From IMG/VR virus record IMGVR_UViG_2778261179_000014, positions 1 to 30,147 of that record: a stretch of DNA of 30,147 nucleotides; one strand, 5' to 3'. This stretch comes from a virus. Taxonomy: Duplodnaviria; Heunggongvirae; Uroviricota; Caudoviricetes. The position numbers and the translations under genes are program-made. Of this stretch, positions 25,852 through 30,147 are shown one piece after another. Below the pieces are notes generated by a model. The model was not told the DNA's origin, ran no database searches, and worked only from the letters and a program-made list of their open reading frames with translations. Within the stretch, counting starts at the first letter, position 1, and every line of letters starts with the position of its first letter.

Positions 25852-25872
25852 ACCGCTTCGGCGGTTTTTTTC
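25852..25872 (+). terminator. Hairpin plus T-run between chaperone and tape measure genes
   Basis: ACCGC-TTCG-GCGGT followed by TTTTTTT. Confidence 0.55.
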
Positions 25873-25881
25873 GTCCGGAGA

Positions 25882-28800
25882 ATGAGTGTGGCGACATTAC
25901 GTGAACTGATTATTAAAATCTCGGCAAATTCCCGGTCATTCCAGTCAGAGATCTCCCGGGCTTCGCGTATGGGGCAGGATTACTACCGTACCATGCAGAA
26001 CGGAGGCCGGCAGTCCGCTGCTGCATCCCGTGAAATGCGGCGTGCACTGGCAGAAGTGACGGATCAGATAAATACAGCTAAATCTTCGGCACTGAATATG
26101 GCGGGTGCATTTGCCGGAGCTTTTGCTACCGGTCATCTTATTTCTCTCGCCGATGAGTGGAATTCAGTAAATGCCCGTCTGAAGCAGGCTTCACAGTCCA
26201 GTGATGATTTTCAGGTATCACAACGTGAATTAATGGCAATCAGCCAGAGAACGGGAACGGCGTTTTCTGATAACGCCAGCCTTTTTGCCCGCTCTGCAGC
26301 TTCCATGCGGGAGTATGGCTACAGTTCTGAGGAGGTACTGAAAGTCACCGAGGCGATCTCCACGGGCCTGAAATTATCCGGTGCCAGTACAGCAGAAGCC
26401 AGTTCGGTGATCACGCAGTTCAGTCAGGCACTGGCGCAGGGAGTGCTGCGCGGTGAAGAATTTAACTCTGTGAATGAGAACGGCGATCGTGTTATTCGTG
26501 CGCTGGCTGCGGGAATGGGTGTTGCCCGTAAGGATCTGAAGGCCATGGCGGATAACGGAAAACTGACCGCCGATAAGGTTGTTCCTGCACTGATTAGTCA
26601 GCTTGGGGCGTTGCGTGATGAATATGCAGCAATGCCTGATACTGTTTCATCCTCTGCAACCAAAGTTGAAAACGCCTTTATGGCCTGGGTTGGTGGTGCG
26701 AACGAGGCAAGCGGAGTGACAAAGACACTCACCGGGGTGTTGAATGGTGTTGCAGACAATATTGATACCGTGGCTGCTGCAGCTGGCGCACTGGTTGCCG
26801 TCGGGGTAGCCCGATATTTTGGCAATATGGCGTCGTCTGCTGGATCTGCAACTGCCGGATTAATTACTGCAGCCAGAAACGAAGTGGCTCTTGCTGAAGC
26901 GCAACTTCGGGGGACACGGATAGCAACCGCCAGGGCGCGTGCGGCGGTTTATCGTGCGCAACAGGCGGTTGTTGCTGCTCGCGGTACCGAAAGGCAGGCC
27001 GCAGCAGAAGCGAAGCTGACAGCTGCCCAGGCGTCACTTACCCGTAATATTGCGGCAAGAACAGCGGCACAGACAACGCTGAATACTGTCACGTCAGTGG
27101 GGAGTCGTCTGTTAAGTGGTGCGCTGGGGTTGGTTGGTGGTGTGCCGGGACTCGTCATGCTGGGGGCGACGGCCTGGTACACGATGTATCAGAATCAGGA
27201 GCAGGCCAGAGAATCTGCACGCCAGTATGCCGCAACAATCGACGAAATTCGCCAGAAAACGTCGGCAATGTCGCTTCCTGAAGCGTCAGATAATGAGGAA
27301 AAGACGCGGCAGGCACTTGATGAGCAAAACAGGTTAATTGACGAGCAGAAAAGTAAGATTAAATCCTTACAGGAAAAAATTGCTGGCTATCAGTATGTGC
27401 TGGCAAACCCGGGCTGGACAACCGATAACGGTTTTATGATTAACCACATGACGTCGGTAAAAACTGTCACAGAAGGGCTTGCAGAAGCAACAAATCAACT
27501 GGCAGTTGAACAGTCCCGTCTCACACAAATGCAGGGCAAAGCGCAATCCATTCAGGATGTGCTTGCCGGGCTGGAGGAGCGACGGGTGGCGTTGATCCGT
27601 CAACAGGCCGCGGAACAAAACAAAGCGTATCAGTCCCTGTTGATCATGAATGGGCAGCATACCGAGTTTAATCGCCTTCTCGGGCTCGGTAATGAATTAC
27701 TTCAGCAGCGACAGGGGCTGGTGAATGTACCGTTACGGCTACCACAGGCAACCCTGGATGATAAACAGCAGACCGCACTGAATAACAGTGAGCGCGAACT
27801 GGCTCTGTCCCGCCTGAAGGGGGAAGCCCGTGAGCGTGCCCGCCTGGGTTATGCTGCGGATGATCTCGGCTTTGTGGGAGAGGCGTATCAGACAGCCAGA
27901 CAGAATTATATCAATAACTCACTGGATGCCTGGCGAAATAACCAGGCAAATAAACCCAAAGCGCATAAAAAGACCGAAGCGGAAAAAACAGAAGATATTT
28001 ATAAACGGCTGATTAAACAGCAAAAAGAACAAATAGCACTGGCAGGGCAGAATACTGAACTGGCTAAGATGAAATATCAGGTCAGTCAGGGCGAATTATC
28101 AACCCTGTCAGAAGCGCAGAAAAAAACGCTTTTGCAGAATGCAGCACTCATCGACCAGAAAAAGATTCGTGAGCAGCTTGCTGCGTATGAGAGCAGTCTG
28201 GCGGACAGTAATGCCAGTGCCCGGGCATCTGACGAAGCGCAGTTGCTGGGATATGGTGAAGGCTCACGGATGCGTGAACGACTCCAGGAAATGTGGAGTA
28301 TCCGGCAGGCGTTTGAGCAGAAAAATAACGAGCTGCTGAGACAGTATCAGGCCGGAGAAATTGAAGAAGCTCTGTGGAAACAGGAGAAAGAACTGAATAA
28401 AAAATATCTGGAAGAGCGTCTCAGCGATCAGCAGGATTATTATGCAAAGGCCGATGCTTTACGTAATAACTGGAATGCCGGACTCCAGGAGGGACTGACC
28501 AACTGGGCAGACAGTGCCACCGATTATGCTTCACAGGCGGCAGATGCTGTCGTTTCCACGATGGACGGGCTGGTATCAAATATTTCCGATGCACTGGCCG
28601 GGAATGTTGTGGACTGGAGGAACTGGGGGAGTTCAGTTCTCCGGGAAGTTTCAAAAATTCTGATGAATGCAGCCATTGTTAACGGACTGAAATCACTCTC
28701 CGGTGCCGGAGGGTGGCTTGGTACGGTCGGCGGATGGATTTCGGGGGCAGTGGCAAACGCAAAAGGTGGTGTTTACACATCGGCAAATCTGAGTGCTTAC

Positions 28801-29115
28801 AGTAACACTATTGTGGATACACCGACGTATTTTGCTTTTGCGAAAGGTGCCGGGTTGATGGGCGAGGCCGGGCCTGAAGCAATCATGCCACTGACACGGG
28901 CAGCGGACGGCTCTCTTGGGGTCAGGGCCATTGGAAATGTGAATGGTGGCGGTGGATTTGTTTATTCTCCCGTGTATCACATCAGCATTCAGAATCAAGG
29001 GAGCAATGGCGAGATAGATGCGCGCTCAGTCAGGGGACTGGTGGATCTGATCGACAGCAGGGTTGTGTCAATTATGCAGTCATCGCGTCGGGATGGAGGA
29101 TTGTACAGTGCCTGA
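25882..29115 (+). CDS. Tail tape measure protein
   Basis: 1077 aa, Ala/Gln-rich with long helical segments and a glycine-rich hydrophobic region near residues 900-1000; follows the chaperone pair. The start may be GTG 25888, which has better RBS spacing. Confidence 0.9.
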   Translation: MSVATLRELIIKISANSRSFQSEISRASRMGQDYYRTMQNGGRQSAAASREMRRALAEVTDQINTAKSSALNMAGAFAGAFATGHLISLADEWNSVNARLKQASQSSDDFQVSQRELMAISQRTGTAFSDNASLFARSAASMREYGYSSEEVLKVTEAISTGLKLSGASTAEASSVITQFSQALAQGVLRGEEFNSVNENGDRVIRALAAGMGVARKDLKAMADNGKLTADKVVPALISQLGALRDEYAAMPDTVSSSATKVENAFMAWVGGANEASGVTKTLTGVLNGVADNIDTVAAAAGALVAVGVARYFGNMASSAGSATAGLITAARNEVALAEAQLRGTRIATARARAAVYRAQQAVVAARGTERQAAAEAKLTAAQASLTRNIAARTAAQTTLNTVTSVGSRLLSGALGLVGGVPGLVMLGATAWYTMYQNQEQARESARQYAATIDEIRQKTSAMSLPEASDNEEKTRQALDEQNRLIDEQKSKIKSLQEKIAGYQYVLANPGWTTDNGFMINHMTSVKTVTEGLAEATNQLAVEQSRLTQMQGKAQSIQDVLAGLEERRVALIRQQAAEQNKAYQSLLIMNGQHTEFNRLLGLGNELLQQRQGLVNVPLRLPQATLDDKQQTALNNSERELALSRLKGEARERARLGYAADDLGFVGEAYQTARQNYINNSLDAWRNNQANKPKAHKKTEAEKTEDIYKRLIKQQKEQIALAGQNTELAKMKYQVSQGELSTLSEAQKKTLLQNAALIDQKKIREQLAAYESSLADSNASARASDEAQLLGYGEGSRMRERLQEMWSIRQAFEQKNNELLRQYQAGEIEEALWKQEKELNKKYLEERLSDQQDYYAKADALRNNWNAGLQEGLTNWADSATDYASQAADAVVSTMDGLVSNISDALAGNVVDWRNWGSSVLREVSKILMNAAIVNGLKSLSGAGGWLGTVGGWISGAVANAKGGVYTSANLSAYSNTIVDTPTYFAFAKGAGLMGEAGPEAIMPLTRAADGSLGVRAIGNVNGGGGFVYSPVYHISIQNQGSNGEIDARSVRGLVDLIDSRVVSIMQSSRRDGGLYSA

Positions 29116-29449
29116 GCCTGAAGTTTTTAACTGGATCCCCCGTGAGGGGATGGAGACGACACGAAAGCCATCAGTTATTACGGTAAAGTTTGGTGACGGA
29201 TATGAACAGCGACGGGCTGGTGGTCTGAATGCGGATCTGAAAACGTTTAAACCGGTATTTCGTGTCACAGATGAATATTCCCGTGCCGCGCTGGACAGTT
29301 TTTTATCCCGTCATGCCGGGATTCGTGCTTTTTTGTGGCGTCCGCCAAAACACAACAGGACTGTCCGGGTTGTCTGCAGGGAGTGGAGCATTTCGGATAA
29401 TACCATGTATACCGATTTTAACTGTACCTTTGAAGAGGTCACTCACTGA
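29108..29449 (+). CDS. M: Minor tail protein M (lambda gpM homologue)
   Basis: About 113 aa from GTG 29108 (GGAGGA 7 nt upstream); VKFGDGYEQRRAGGLNADLKT and FLWRPP...VRVVCREWS match lambda gpM as I recall it. Confidence 0.85.
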   Translation: MPEPEVFNWIPREGMETTRKPSVITVKFGDGYEQRRAGGLNADLKTFKPVFRVTDEYSRAALDSFLSRHAGIRAFLWRPPKHNRTVRVVCREWSISDNTMYTDFNCTFEEVTH

Positions 29450-30147
29450 TGCAGGATATACAGCAGGAAACACTCAATGAGTGCACTAAAACGGAGCAAT
29501 CCGCGCTGGTCGTGCTCTGGGAAATTGATCTGACAGAAGTCGGCGGAGATCGTTATTTCTTCTGTAATGAGCAGAACGAAAAAGGTGAACCAGTCACCTG
29601 GCAGGGGCGGCAGTATCAGGCTTATCCCATTCAGGGAAGCGGATTTGAGATGAACGGCAAAGGAGCCAGTGCAAGGCCAACGCTTAAAGTCTCTAATCTG
29701 TACGGCATGGTCACCGGGATGGCGGAAGATCTGCAGAGTCTGGTCGGCGGAACGGTGGTCCGGCGTAAGGTTTACGCCCGTTTTCTGGATGCGGTGAACT
29801 TCGTCAACGGAAACAGTGACGCCGATCCGGAGCAGGAGGTGATCAGCCGCTGGCGCATCGAACAGTGCAGCGAACTGAGCGCGGTCAGTGCCTCTTTTGT
29901 GCTGTCCACACCGACGGAAACGGATGGTGCTGTTTTTCCGGGGCGCATCATGCTGGCCAACACCTGCACCTGGATCTACCGCGGCGATGAGTGCGGTTAT
30001 GATGGCCCGGCGGTCGCGGATGAATATGACCAGCCAACGTCCGATATCACGAAGGATAAATGCAGCAAATGCCTGAGTGGTTGCAAGTTCCGCAATAACG
30101 TCGGCAATTTTGGCGGCTACCTTTCCATTAACAAACTTTCGCAGTAA
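29449..30147 (+). CDS. L: Minor tail protein L (lambda gpL homologue)
   Basis: 232 aa, complete (TAA at 30145-30147); near-identical to my recollection of lambda gpL, including the C-terminal Cys cluster; start overlaps the M stop (TGATG). Confidence 0.9.
   Translation: MQDIQQETLNECTKTEQSALVVLWEIDLTEVGGDRYFFCNEQNEKGEPVTWQGRQYQAYPIQGSGFEMNGKGASARPTLKVSNLYGMVTGMAEDLQSLVGGTVVRRKVYARFLDAVNFVNGNSDADPEQEVISRWRIEQCSELSAVSASFVLSTPTETDGAVFPGRIMLANTCTWIYRGDECGYDGPAVADEYDQPTSDITKDKCSKCLSGCKFRNNVGNFGGYLSINKLSQ

Overview
The window is about 30 kb of a lambdoid (Qin/Rac/phage 21-like, mosaic) prophage of an Escherichia-type enterobacterium, running from the integrase end into the tail genes. Everything below is read by eye from the sequence and ORF track; no searches or folding were run, and family names come from recalled motifs. 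Left to right: integrase, excisionase and a large DEDDh exonuclease on the minus strand; small unknown early-left genes; a CI-like repressor with OL and OR operator palindromes; Cro-like and YdaT/CII-like regulators; a replication initiator carrying internal iterons; a hok-type toxin locus; a lipoprotein moron; DUF968/YdfU-like protein, RusA and a Q-like antiterminator; four tRNA genes; a pinholin/SAR-endolysin/Rz/Rz1 lysis cassette; HNH endonuclease, terminase, HK97-type head genes; and lambda-like tail genes with a G/GT frameshift. The best candidates for something undescribed are (1) a self-contained plus-strand module at 4331-5455 encoding a coiled-coil/zinc-ribbon protein, inserted against the flow of the early-left operon, and (2) the gene-poor AT-rich stretch at 9270-10760, which holds a 29-codon hydrophobic peptide ORF with a perfect Shine-Dalgarno next to the hok locus. 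I could not assign a function to either. No CRISPR array, IS element or Shiga toxin gene was seen.
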